Shown: positions 38,096-46,991, counted from the stretch's first letter. The stretch is DNA of 64,000 bases from Thermodesulfovibrionales bacterium (GCA_963716185.1 OY970295.1:1080356-1144355), one strand, 5' to 3'. The notes: generated from the letters alone by a model not told the origin. A program made the numbers and translations.

Positions 38096-38126
38096 AAAGA
38101 AAGATTCCGGATGAGACTGAATGACA
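38096..38126. repeat. degenerate REP-like unit
   Basis: AAAGAAAGATTCCGGATGAGACTGAATGACA resembles the reverse complement of unit A (AAGAAAGATTCCGGACAAGCCGGAATGACA) but has lost one stem arm. Confidence 0.4.
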
Positions 38127-38188
38127 GGCGCGACAACCTGCAACTCTGCTGAAGGTAGTTTGTCACATAAGATCTGAGAGCATATAAT

Positions 38189-38644
38189 GTGAAAGTATTA
38201 ATTTTAGGCATGGGAAATTTGCTCCGCTCCGACGACGGGGTAGGTCTGCACATAATCGAGGCGCTCAGGGAAGAGAATTTAGGAGGCGATGTAGATTTAA
38301 GAGAAGGGTTGTCCGGTCTCGATATCCTCGATGCAGTAAAGGGATACGACAGGATTGTCCTCGTTGATGCGATAAAGAGCGGAGGCAGGCCCGGAAGAGT
38401 CTATAAGCTTTTACCTGAAGATTTTCTAAACATGCATACCGTTCATTCATTCTCGACACATCTCAATATGGATTTCCACTCGATGCTTGAACTGGGCAAG
38501 ACTCTTTTCCCAGGAAAAATGCCGGACGATATAATCATTGTCGCCATAGAGGCGGAAGACATAACAACAATTTCGGACAAGTGTACGCCGGAAGTTGAAA
38601 AGGGAATGAAGCAGGCTGTTGAGTTAATCAAGAGGCTGGTCTAA
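38189..38644 (+). CDS. hydrogenase maturation endopeptidase (HyaD/FrhD family)
   Basis: 151 aa, GTG start. ILGMGNLLRSDDGVGLHI, VLVDAIKSGGRPG, HSFSTHL. Confidence 0.8.
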   Translation: MKVLILGMGNLLRSDDGVGLHIIEALREENLGGDVDLREGLSGLDILDAVKGYDRIVLVDAIKSGGRPGRVYKLLPEDFLNMHTVHSFSTHLNMDFHSMLELGKTLFPGKMPDDIIIVAIEAEDITTISDKCTPEVEKGMKQAVELIKRLV

Positions 38645-38671
38645 TAGCCGGGATCAAAAGAAAATATCCTA

Positions 38672-39103
38672 CTAAAGCCGTTTTCCGGATGGGCCGTTCA
38701 CGAGCATTTTCCCCCGCAAAGCCTCGAGAAACCTTGTAGCGGAATATTTGGCGTGATCATACGTATAAGCGGATTTTATCTTCTTTTTCCATTTTTGAAA
38801 TGTTCTCATGTCGTTGGAAGCGACCGTTCCGCCGTTTTTGTATAAAAAAACAATGGCCCTTTCAATGCTCTTCAAAGTGAAATCTATCGGCAGTTCAACA
38901 ACTAAAGTCACTATGGACTCTTCTTCCCTGTAAATATCGAACTCATAATAGACGGACTTCAAAACACTCGAAATCTGAACACACCGGCTGACGCCGTAAT
39001 TAATCAAATCTCCGAGCATATATGAAGCCTTGTTGCTAAGCGGCAGCTCATCGGCTTCCCAGAAAAACTTTCTTATCTGCCTGTCCGTTATTCTCTTTTT
39101 CAT
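38672..39103 (-). CDS. hypothetical protein
   Basis: 143 aa, 4 nt downstream of the MurU::AmgK-like gene. No recognisable motif. Confidence 0.45.
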   Translation of the reverse strand: MKKRITDRQIRKFFWEADELPLSNKASYMLGDLINYGVSRCVQISSVLKSVYYEFDIYREEESIVTLVVELPIDFTLKSIERAIVFLYKNGGTVASNDMRTFQKWKKKIKSAYTYDHAKYSATRFLEALRGKMLVNGPSGKRL

Positions 39104-39107
39104 AAAA

Positions 39108-41087
39108 TTATTTTACAACATTTGCCCATGAAAAATGACCAGGCAAGATTTTATTTGTTTCCGCGTGAAGTCCTTCCACAATTCTTTTAACGAGACCGGC
39201 CAGGACGGGATATTCACCGTTTGTAATATCCAGGTCCTCTTTGAGTAGTCTCAACCCCTCAGGGATATATTTCCTGAAATATTTTTTCCCTTTGACCGCA
39301 GACAGAAAGCCATAAGCGCCGAGGGCCTGCATATGACGCTGAAGACGGCAGGAGAGCAGGGTTTCCATGAATTCATTCTCTTCGAAAGATTTCACGGCGA
39401 CCCTGATTTTGCGGATGAAATAGTCTAACAGCCGCGCCCTTAGATCATCTTCAAGGCGGTAATAGGGGTCCCAGAGTATCGATGCGACGTCATAGGCGGG
39501 CGGGCCCATTCTCGCACCCTGGTAATCCAGAAGCCTCGGTATCCCGCCTTTCGTAATCATGATATTCTGCGACTGGAAATCACGGTGGATTATTGTCCTG
39601 GGAAAAGTATCCACCTTCACGGCTAAACGGTGGAACTCCTCATTCAGTAAATCGACATTTCCGACCAGTATATTAACGACGCCGGACACGAATCTATCCA
39701 GGAAATAACCCGTCTCCCACCTGAGATGTCCATAATCGAAAACTCTTTCCAGAAGGAGAGGACATTCCGAGACATGCTCGGTCGCTCCTCCGTGCATCAG
39801 GATCAAAATATCGAGCACTCTTTTATACGTTTCTTCCATCTCTTCATGTTTACGCCGGCAGCTGAGCCAGCTGTAGAGAGACAGATCGCCGAGATCTTCA
39901 AAAACAGCGCGCATCCTTTCAGGTTCTGCTTCTATAAGTTCCGGAACAGGGACGGAGTGTTTACGGAAAAAAAGTGTATATTCAATGTGACGAAGGAAAT
40001 CAGGATCGTTGTCCGCGCACTGCATAAGGACCGCAGAACGGCCGTTTCTTTTCACCCGATAGTAGGTCCTGTCGGACCCCCCCGTGCCGATGACTACAGT
40101 ACCCGCCTCGACGGATAAGCCAAGCATCCCGGTTGGAGTGAGGTCTAATTTGAAACCGGGGCCGAGGATGCAATCCTCATAATGACGGCCGTTCTCGATC
40201 TCGCTACCCGGGAGCATGATGCAATTCCTGACGGCAATACCATTCTTTATTGTTGCATTTTTTGAAACGACCGTTTCTTTTTCTATAACAATGTATCCGT
40301 CCAGCTCAATATTCTCACACAGACTTTCGGAGGGGTCTATATAGACGGTTTCTCCATTTTCTCTCAGGTTATGAATGACGGTCCTTGCATAGGAAACAGG
40401 CGTCCCGATATCACTCCAGAAGCAGCCGGTAAAATCCAGGGTCCCGATTCTGTGACCCGCTGCGACAGCCCTGAACCAGGCATCAACAACGCTTGACACT
40501 CCGCCGGGCAGAAAATTCAAGAACTCCGGCTGATACACCGCTATGCCGGTAAAAGCCACATGTTTTGATGTTTCGTGACCACCTCGCCCGTGCCCCTTCC
40601 CCGATGACGGGGCGGCATGGACGTGATTAATAATCCCTTCAAGAAAGCCCTTGCCATCTACCGCAAGCTTGTTGAACTCTGCATAGTCGTGCACGGCAAG
40701 AGTTGCAATATTATTGGATGAAAGATGGCAGTCAACCAGTTTTTTTAATTCCATGTCGCTGACTATGTCCGAATTGTGGACAAGAAAAATATCGTCTTTC
40801 AGAAAAGCCCCGGCATTTTTCAGTGCCCCTCCGGTACCGAGGATAGGTTCTTCGGGGAAAAGCCGGACCCTTTTGTTGAATGATGACCGGCTTAACCAGT
40901 CTCCGATTTCATCTTTTTTGTAGTGAAGATTTATTCCTGTTTTGCCCGCCACGGCCGATACCTTTTCGAGAAGCGATTCCAAAACGGGCTTGCCGAGGAC
41001 CGGGAGAAGAGGTTTGGGAATATGGTCGGTGATCGGGCGCAACCTTTCACCCCGTCCGGCAGCTAAAATAAATACCGAGAGGTTCAC
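39108..41087 (-). CDS. bifunctional sugar-1-phosphate nucleotidyltransferase / sugar kinase (MurU::AmgK-like fusion)
   Basis: 659 aa. N-terminal NTP-transferase (FILAAGRGERLRPITDHIPKPLLPV), a short left-handed beta-helix segment, and a C-terminal APH-type kinase (IIHRDFQSQNIM..., LDYQGARMGPPAYDVASIL). Confidence 0.65.
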   Translation of the reverse strand: MNLSVFILAAGRGERLRPITDHIPKPLLPVLGKPVLESLLEKVSAVAGKTGINLHYKKDEIGDWLSRSSFNKRVRLFPEEPILGTGGALKNAGAFLKDDIFLVHNSDIVSDMELKKLVDCHLSSNNIATLAVHDYAEFNKLAVDGKGFLEGIINHVHAAPSSGKGHGRGGHETSKHVAFTGIAVYQPEFLNFLPGGVSSVVDAWFRAVAAGHRIGTLDFTGCFWSDIGTPVSYARTVIHNLRENGETVYIDPSESLCENIELDGYIVIEKETVVSKNATIKNGIAVRNCIMLPGSEIENGRHYEDCILGPGFKLDLTPTGMLGLSVEAGTVVIGTGGSDRTYYRVKRNGRSAVLMQCADNDPDFLRHIEYTLFFRKHSVPVPELIEAEPERMRAVFEDLGDLSLYSWLSCRRKHEEMEETYKRVLDILILMHGGATEHVSECPLLLERVFDYGHLRWETGYFLDRFVSGVVNILVGNVDLLNEEFHRLAVKVDTFPRTIIHRDFQSQNIMITKGGIPRLLDYQGARMGPPAYDVASILWDPYYRLEDDLRARLLDYFIRKIRVAVKSFEENEFMETLLSCRLQRHMQALGAYGFLSAVKGKKYFRKYIPEGLRLLKEDLDITNGEYPVLAGLVKRIVEGLHAETNKILPGHFSWANVVK

Positions 41088-41129
41088 TTATGTAGTTTAC
41101 CAAAACGTTGGGAAAAACAATTTCTCATT

Positions 41130-41293
41130 ACAAGGGCAGATAGGTTGAAAAAAGCCTGTAGCAGCACCTTATGGCCGCATAAACCGGCCTGCCAGCCTTT
41201 GATATAATGCACGGACTATGAGATTTGCATTCATGTGTATAATAAATAAAATCTTGTTGCATTACAGGGGTTTTTCAACCTGTCTGCCCTTGT
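41130..41293 (+). repeat. Structured intergenic repeat family, copy 3 (covarying arms)
   Basis: 23-nt arms ACAAGGGCAGATAGGTTGAAAAA / TTTTTCAACCTGTCTGCCCTTGT (one U.G pair, valid on the plus strand only). Core AAAAAGCCTGTAGCAGCACCTTATGGCCGC resembles AAAAAGCTTGACAGCAGCACCTTTGTGGGCGC of copies 1 and 2. Confidence 0.55.
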
Positions 41294-41311
41294 TTTATGC
41301 ACCGGATGGCC

Positions 41312-42505
41312 TCATTTATAAATCAAATACCTTTTCCTAAACCGCTTATCAAATTTGTCACACTGCCCTTGCCACCATTCCTCCATCCTGTCGAGAGTCT
41401 TCCCGTCTTCGATATCCGTCCTCAGCCGGTCTGTCCCGGCAAGGATATCAATAGGCATTTTCTCAGTCTCATATTCATAGGGGGGCTTTTTCCATTCAAA
41501 AAATTCCGGGTAGATATCATGGATTATCTTAAGGACCGCAACCCCTGTTTTGAAAGACCTGAATCTTTCCCTGTTGATCACATGGAACTGTGCGCCTCCG
41601 CACAGTTTTCCCGCATATTTCTGGAAGGTCGGCTGAAAGTACAAAGGCCTGAAAACAGCGCCCGGAAGTTTCAACGTCTTAATGTGATGAATCACCCTTT
41701 CCGGTTCTATGAAAGGAGCTCCGAATATCTCGAACGGACGCGTCGTGCCCCGTCCTTCGCTGATGTTTGTGGCCTCAAGGAGACACATGCCGGGGTATAC
41801 CGTGGCCGTATCCAGGGCCGGCATATTCGGGGAAGGCATGACCCATGGGAAGCCGGTTTCATCGAACCATAACTTCCTCCTCCAGCCGTCCATGGGGACA
41901 ACATGATAATCCAGGGAGGGATAGAATTCATTCCGGAGATAACAGCCTATTTCACCTATTGTCATTGCGTGCCGGACCGGCAGCGGACGCTGCCCGACAA
42001 AGGAGGCATAATCCTGGCCCAGTACGGGGCCTTCGACGATACGGCCCCCTATCGGATTAGGCCTGTCAAGTATTACCATGGACTTGCCGGTTTCCGTGCA
42101 TACCTGCATGCAAAGTTCCATTGTCCATATGAACGTGTAATAGCGGGAGCCGACATCCTGAACGTCTATTGCCAGCACATCAATATCTTTTAACATCCAC
42201 GGTTCGGGTTTTCTGGTATGTCCGTAAAGACTGAAAACAGGAAGGCCTGTAATGGGATCGATAAAGCCCTCCCATTCAACCATGTTATCCTGAGTTTCTC
42301 CCCGGATTCCATGCTGCGGACCGAAGAGAGCTTTCAAAACAAACTTTTTTGATCTGACGAAAAGACTGACGGAATGCTCCAGTTTTCTATTTACAGACGC
42401 CGGATGTACAAGGAGGCCTACGCGGGAGCCTCTTAGCCTTTTCGGCCATTTCTCCGCCAACAGATCAAGTCCAACCCGGACCGGGCCGTCAGACATTTTC
42501 CTCAA
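41312..42505 (-). CDS. DUF1343 family protein (exo-beta-N-acetylmuramidase NamZ-like)
   Basis: 397 aa. RVGLLVHPASVN, LFGPQHGIRGE.QDNM, DIDVLAIDVQDVGSRYYT, ILDRPNP. Confidence 0.7.
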   Translation of the reverse strand: MRKMSDGPVRVGLDLLAEKWPKRLRGSRVGLLVHPASVNRKLEHSVSLFVRSKKFVLKALFGPQHGIRGETQDNMVEWEGFIDPITGLPVFSLYGHTRKPEPWMLKDIDVLAIDVQDVGSRYYTFIWTMELCMQVCTETGKSMVILDRPNPIGGRIVEGPVLGQDYASFVGQRPLPVRHAMTIGEIGCYLRNEFYPSLDYHVVPMDGWRRKLWFDETGFPWVMPSPNMPALDTATVYPGMCLLEATNISEGRGTTRPFEIFGAPFIEPERVIHHIKTLKLPGAVFRPLYFQPTFQKYAGKLCGGAQFHVINRERFRSFKTGVAVLKIIHDIYPEFFEWKKPPYEYETEKMPIDILAGTDRLRTDIEDGKTLDRMEEWWQGQCDKFDKRFRKRYLIYK

Positions 42506-42974
42506 TTGTATAAGTCACCCTGATGTCCATATCTTTTCTCAGCGAGTGATATACGGAACAATATTTTTCCCGGGAAAGCGAGATCGCCCTGTCAAGCTTT
42601 TTGGGAGTGACGCCCTTGCCGGCTATATGGATTTCCATATGCACGGCCTTGAAATACTTTGGCGGGACAGGGTTTCTTTCGCCTACGGTCTCTATCTCGA
42701 ATCTGTTGATCTCAGCCTTCATCTTCTTTAAGAATAATACGATATCTATAGCCATACAACCCGGCAGGCTCATCAAAAGACTGTCGGTCGGGATGCACCC
42801 CTCCTTCGCTTCAGCGTCAAAATCAATTGCATATCCGCGGATCCTCGCGGTAAAGACCAGGTCCTTTTCCCAGGTCAAAATCCCTCTGCTCATATTGGCA
42901 ACATTTTCTTTATACCCTTCGGAAGAGAATGATGTTCCCAACCCGGCGGCGGGTTCGGTTTCTTTTGCCTCCAT
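42489..42974 (-). CDS. OsmC/Ohr family protein
   Basis: 161 aa. GCIPTDSLLMSLPGCMAID and SLSREKYCSVYHSL, typical OsmC Cys pair context. Confidence 0.7.
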   Translation of the reverse strand: MEAKETEPAAGLGTSFSSEGYKENVANMSRGILTWEKDLVFTARIRGYAIDFDAEAKEGCIPTDSLLMSLPGCMAIDIVLFLKKMKAEINRFEIETVGERNPVPPKYFKAVHMEIHIAGKGVTPKKLDRAISLSREKYCSVYHSLRKDMDIRVTYTIEENV

Positions 42975-43106
42975 TCAGCTGTTCTCCTTTTATATGATTT
43001 GGATTTTCGCAACGAATATTATAAAAAAGATTTCAAGCCCGGATATAGTCCGGACATAGTATAGAAATTTAGGTCAAGATCAAACAAGAAGCAAGGAGAC
43101 CGTCGA

Positions 43107-43862
43107 TCACGGAATTGTATCAACCGAGGCGAACTTAGGCTCATGGAGCGGTATCAATATGTCCGCCATATCCCTCACTTTCATCACAATGTCATACGCC
43201 TCATAAACATTCACATGAGTTCCGGGGGGTATGACTTCCATTTCCATCGCCTTTACCCTCGGAGGCGGATCGAAATTCTCCATAATGAGACAGAATCCAG
43301 TTATTACGGCCTTCCCCTGAGCGGTTTCAATGATTACACTCAATCCCCCCTCCGTGTGAGCAGGCGTGTGCATAACTCTTATGCCGGGAAGAATTTCGGC
43401 ATCTCCGGTAACCTTTTTAATCTGACCGTTTTTTTCCACATCCAGGATGAAGTCTTCATTATAACGAAAATCCAGCGGATGGGGGTTGTGGATCCTTTCC
43501 AATTCCTTCTCATGTATGAAGAACGTTGCGTTGGCGCATTTGTAATCATTTTCACAATGGTCGTTGTGTAAATGGGTATGAATCACGATGTCGATGTCTT
43601 CAGGCTTTAATCCCCAGCGGGCCAGACCTTCCTCGAACTTATAGATCTTGCCACCAATCGCACTTTCTCTCTCCTTCGACTGGAGCGGGGCCAATTCTCC
43701 CGTATCCACCAGTATCTTTTTATCGCCGCCTTCCAAATACCAGCTACAAATGGGAATAGTATAGGGTTTTCCATAGTCGTGCTGGTACGTCATCATGCCC
43801 TTATCAAATGCCTTTGTACCCACTACAATGGGATGTATTTTGTACTGACCCGAATTACCCAT
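43107..43862 (-). CDS. MBL-fold metallo-hydrolase (N-acyl-homoserine-lactonase-like)
   Basis: 251 aa. VIHTHLHNDHCEN (HxHxDH), later TPAHTEG and conserved Asp/His. Confidence 0.7.
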   Translation of the reverse strand: MGNSGQYKIHPIVVGTKAFDKGMMTYQHDYGKPYTIPICSWYLEGGDKKILVDTGELAPLQSKERESAIGGKIYKFEEGLARWGLKPEDIDIVIHTHLHNDHCENDYKCANATFFIHEKELERIHNPHPLDFRYNEDFILDVEKNGQIKKVTGDAEILPGIRVMHTPAHTEGGLSVIIETAQGKAVITGFCLIMENFDPPPRVKAMEMEVIPPGTHVNVYEAYDIVMKVRDMADILIPLHEPKFASVDTIP

Positions 43863-43964
43863 GTTTTTCCTCCATGATAATATATTATTTTCTTATTATA
43901 GTATTTTAATTAGTAAAAAAAATTAATAGAAAAATGGAATGTTTCTCAGCCTCTTCACTGCAAA

Positions 43965-44009
43965 GGTTCATAAGTTTTGCCTTGACAGGTTCATAAGTTT
44001 TGCTTGACG
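43965..44009 (+). repeat. tandem duplication of a 22-23-nt unit containing a -35-like TTGAC box
   Basis: GGTTCATAAGTTTTGCCTTGACA followed directly by GGTTCATAAGTTTTGCTTGACG. Confidence 0.7.
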
Positions 44010-44158
44010 TATTCCTGTTTTCAAAGTTAAAATTCTCTCAAACATAAATTTATAATTATTATATCATTTAATAATAGGGAGGGGATTAAATATGAAAAAA
44101 AGTAAGGGGCAATTAAATAAACTTGCTCAGCCCAGGCAATAGAAAGGGAGAAAATAAA

Positions 44159-44404
44159 GTGCCTATCTATGAATATCTTTGTGACGGTTGCGGAAGACGA
44201 TTCGATATAAGTCAGTCAATGCATGATCTTCCGATCAGTGTTTGTCCCGAGTGCAAAGGGAATGTGCGGAGAATCATTTCAGGGGGAAGCGGCTTTGTTG
44301 TAAAGAACGCAGGCTCCGGGTCCTCCTCTCAGCCCCGCTGCGGTAAATCCCAGACATGCTGCGGCAGCAAGACGCCTTGTGCAACTCCTTCCTGCGAATC
44401 CTGA
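44159..44404 (+). CDS. FmdB-family zinc-ribbon protein
   Basis: GTG 44159, 8 nt behind AGGGAG. (M)PIYEYLCDGCGRRFDISQSMHDLPISVCPECKGNVRRIISG, with a Cys/Ser/Gly-rich tail. Confidence 0.7.
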   Translation: MPIYEYLCDGCGRRFDISQSMHDLPISVCPECKGNVRRIISGGSGFVVKNAGSGSSSQPRCGKSQTCCGSKTPCATPSCES

Positions 44405-44412
44405 GAAGGTTA

Positions 44413-44607
44413 TCAAAATCTTCTATACTTCTGCGCCTTCGCCCTTGTCTTGCGTGCCTCTGCGCGTTTTCGTTTTTCCTTTACTGAAGGCTTTTCATGG
44501 AAACTTCTTCTCCTGACTTCTTTGAGGAGACCTTCAGTCTGAACTTTGCGCTTCAGAATTTTGATGGCTTTTTCTATATCATTATCGACTACTCTTATCT
44601 CTATGAT
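44413..44607 (-). CDS. rpsU: 30S ribosomal protein S21, no canonical start codon
   Basis: Reading frame ...TAA ATT ATC ATA GAG... gives (I)IEIRVVDNDIEKAIKILKRKVQTEGLLKEVRRRSFHEKPSVKEKRKRAEARKTRAKAQKYRRF*, a clear S21. There is no in-frame ATG/GTG/TTG anywhere in the ORF. ATC 44607 lies 7 nt behind the GGAG core of AGGAGA. In frame with rbp, separated by one TAA. Confidence 0.75.
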   Translation of the reverse strand: MIEIRVVDNDIEKAIKILKRKVQTEGLLKEVRRRSFHEKPSVKEKRKRAEARKTRAKAQKYRRF

Positions 44608-44610
44608 AAT

Positions 44611-44943
44611 TTATCTCCTGTCCCTTCCGTAACCTGATCCTCTTCCCTGGCCGTACCCTCCTCTGCCTCCGCCGAATCCTCGCCCATCCCTTGGCTGCTG
44701 CGGTCTTGCCTCATTAACGGTCAAAGAACGCTCCATAAATTTTGTGCCGTTTAATTGTTCTATGGCTTTTTTAGCGTCCTCCGCGGATGACATTTCAACA
44801 AAGCCAAAGCCTTTGGAACGCCCGGTGTCCGCATCGGTAATTATTTTTACCGACTCCACCTCTCCAATACTTGTGAAAAGATCTCGGAGCGATTCTTCTG
44901 TTGCATTGAACGGGATACTTCCTACATACAGTTTTTTGCCCAT
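44611..44943 (-). CDS. rbp: RRM-type RNA-binding protein with RGG tail
   Basis: 110 aa. KLYVGSIPFNATEESLRDLF (RNP2), KGFGFVEM (RNP1), C-terminal GRGFGGGRGGYGQGRGSGYGRDRR. Confidence 0.9.
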   Translation of the reverse strand: MGKKLYVGSIPFNATEESLRDLFTSIGEVESVKIITDADTGRSKGFGFVEMSSAEDAKKAIEQLNGTKFMERSLTVNEARPQQPRDGRGFGGGRGGYGQGRGSGYGRDRR

Positions 44944-45343
44944 AATTTAACACCTCTTGATAGAATAAAATTCCCTAACTCCTTAAAGCTTTGAGGCTTC
45001 TCTGACTTCAAAGGCAGGATGCTATACAATACCACTTCACGGCGTTAAAAAACAGAAGAAAATAAACATGCCTAATCCAACGCTTTCGTTCTTTTGGTAT
45101 TTGAAAAACTCGATAAGACTATAGAACTCCTGAAATCGTATAGCATGAAATCTTCAACATCCAATTTGTGCCTAACAAATAGAGCAAATAGAGGGTCGAA
45201 TCTTCATTATTCACACAAACGGAGGCGATAAGAACGGAAGGGTTTATAAACAGTTGCCGGCGTGCTGAGCCCGCATCGCGTCACCAACGTTTTTCGAACG
45301 AACCCGGTATCCCGCAGGGCCGCGTACTGCGATGAGGAAGAAT

Positions 45344-45715
45344 CTATGTATATTGTATGGCAACTTCGTAGACAATAGTCGAGTGGTTGGCAGAAGGAGA
45401 ATCACCTTCACAGCTGAGCTCTCCTTTGGCGGCCTCTTTGCGGTTTCTGATCATCCCGGTGATAACCTGACTGAGATCAAACCCGCCATCGACACATTCC
45501 TTGTTCAAGCAGTCTATCCTGAACAACGCATAACTGTCGGGAAAGAAATTGACAACCCGCGGCAATGGTTTCTGCACGCCCCTCTGATTGTACATCATGC
45601 TGATGGCAATGCCTGCAACCTCTGGAAATTGGGCATTCACGAAGCCCGCGTCGAGCTTCCGCTGCTGATTTTCTATCCTTGCTGCATTCCTTCTGCTGTT
45701 CATGGTGTTGTTCAC
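45344..45715 (-). CDS. hypothetical protein
   Basis: 123 aa. No recognised motif. An antisense ORF of similar size overlaps it, so coding status is uncertain. Confidence 0.35.
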   Translation of the reverse strand: MNNTMNSRRNAARIENQQRKLDAGFVNAQFPEVAGIAISMMYNQRGVQKPLPRVVNFFPDSYALFRIDCLNKECVDGGFDLSQVITGMIRNRKEAAKGELSCEGDSPSANHSTIVYEVAIQYT

Positions 45716-45770
45716 CTTCCCTCTCTAATGAGGAGGCCCCTCCACCAGGAAGAGGCCTTCTTCCTCTTAA

Positions 45771-45971
45771 TTACAGTTTAACGACATTGATCGCCCTGGG
45801 GCCTTTCGGGCCTTTTTCGGTATCAAAGCTGACCTTGTCACCCTCAGCAAGACTCTTAAAGCCATTACCCTGGATGGAAGTATGATGGACAAAAGCTTCA
45901 CTTCCGTCATCACTCGTGATGAATCCAAAACCTTTGCTGTCATTAAACCATTTCACAGTTCCTTGTTCCAT
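45771..45971 (-). CDS. cold-shock protein (CspA family)
   Basis: 66 aa. [15 protein letters not shown] (RNP1), FVHHTSI (RNP2). Confidence 0.95.
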   Translation of the reverse strand: MEQGTVKWFNDSKGFGFITSDDGSEAFVHHTSIQGNGFKSLAEGDKVSFDTEKGPKGPRAINVVKL

Positions 45972-46019
45972 TTCCTTTTCCCTCCTTATCTACAGACTCA
46001 AATCTCAGAAAGTCTCAAT

Positions 46020-46052
46020 AAAAAAAGCCACAAAGTCAAAAGTCTTTGTGGC
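46020..46052 (-). terminator. rho-independent terminator after infC
   Basis: Minus strand: GCCACAAAG-N8-CTTTGTGGC followed by TTTTTTT. Confidence 0.7.
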
Positions 46053-46131
46053 CTCATAAACTGCAAAAACTTCTAAAATTCTATGTATAGAATAGCACGG
46101 CCCTGTGTATTAAATCAAGGAAGAAATGGTG

Positions 46132-46677
46132 TCACGAAGCCCTGAGAATCATCACCATCTGGCGTCCGTCCATCTTTGGCTGCATTTCTACTTTTGCAAT
46201 ATCCTGCAGATCCAAGGCCAACCTGTTCAGAATAATAGTCCCCAGATCCTGACGACTGAATTCCCGTCCCCTGAACCGAATGGTCACTTTAACCTTGTCC
46301 CCATTATCTATGAACTTCCGCGCATTACGCTTTTTGAACTCATAATCGTGGGTATTGATCATCGGCCGCATCCTGATTTCTTTGAGGTTGAGAGTCGTTT
46401 GTTGTTTTTTGGCCTTCCGCTGTTTCTTGCCTTGCTCGAATTTGAACTTTTTGTAATCCATGATCTTACATACCGGTGGCTCAGCGTCCGGGCTGATTTC
46501 AACGAGATCCAAATCCCTCTCTTCGGCCATCTTCAACGCTGAATCGATATCCATTATGCCGATTTGCCCCTCATCGGCGACAACCCGTATCTCTTTTGCC
46601 TTGATCAGATGGATCTGGTTGTTTACTCGGGTCTTGTCGACAACCCTCCCTGGCGGTACTCGTCTTTGATTAACTAT
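46132..46677 (-). CDS. infC: translation initiation factor IF-3, non-canonical (AUA/AUC) start
   Basis: The track ORF (140 aa) is only the C-terminal part. The frame stays open upstream to TAA at 46701..46699 with no ATG/GTG/TTG. (M)VNQRRVPPGRVVDKTRVNNQIHLIKAKEIRVVADEGQIGIM... is the IF-3 N-domain. ATA 46677 lies 7 nt behind GGAGG. Confidence 0.85.
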   Translation of the reverse strand: MVNQRRVPPGRVVDKTRVNNQIHLIKAKEIRVVADEGQIGIMDIDSALKMAEERDLDLVEISPDAEPPVCKIMDYKKFKFEQGKKQRKAKKQQTTLNLKEIRMRPMINTHDYEFKKRNARKFIDNGDKVKVTIRFRGREFSRQDLGTIILNRLALDLQDIAKVEMQPKMDGRQMVMILRAS

Positions 46678-46991
46678 GATGTGTCCTCCTTTTTTCTCGG
46701 TGAGTTTTGCTTACGGCTTGCACGTCCAGTACGCACAATCACCATTTATTATAGTGTAGCACATTTAGACAATAAGACTATATTATTATAGAGAATAGTC
46801 TCTTTGAAAGAGGCCCGAAACCGGGATGGAAAAAACGGAAGGCAATTCTTCAAAAATCCTTAAACCCTCAATAGAAAAAAAGTGGAATATCGGGGAAGCT
46901 AACTCCGATAGACAACTTACACCACCAAATGCCTGCGACAAATTTCTCAGCGTACGAATTGCGCTTTCCGGGTCAAACCGAAACTGGAAAG

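Noticed and set aside
43965-44009. CRISPR array
   Set aside because: Only two directly abutting units with no spacers. No other direct-repeat array or cas gene occurs anywhere in the window.
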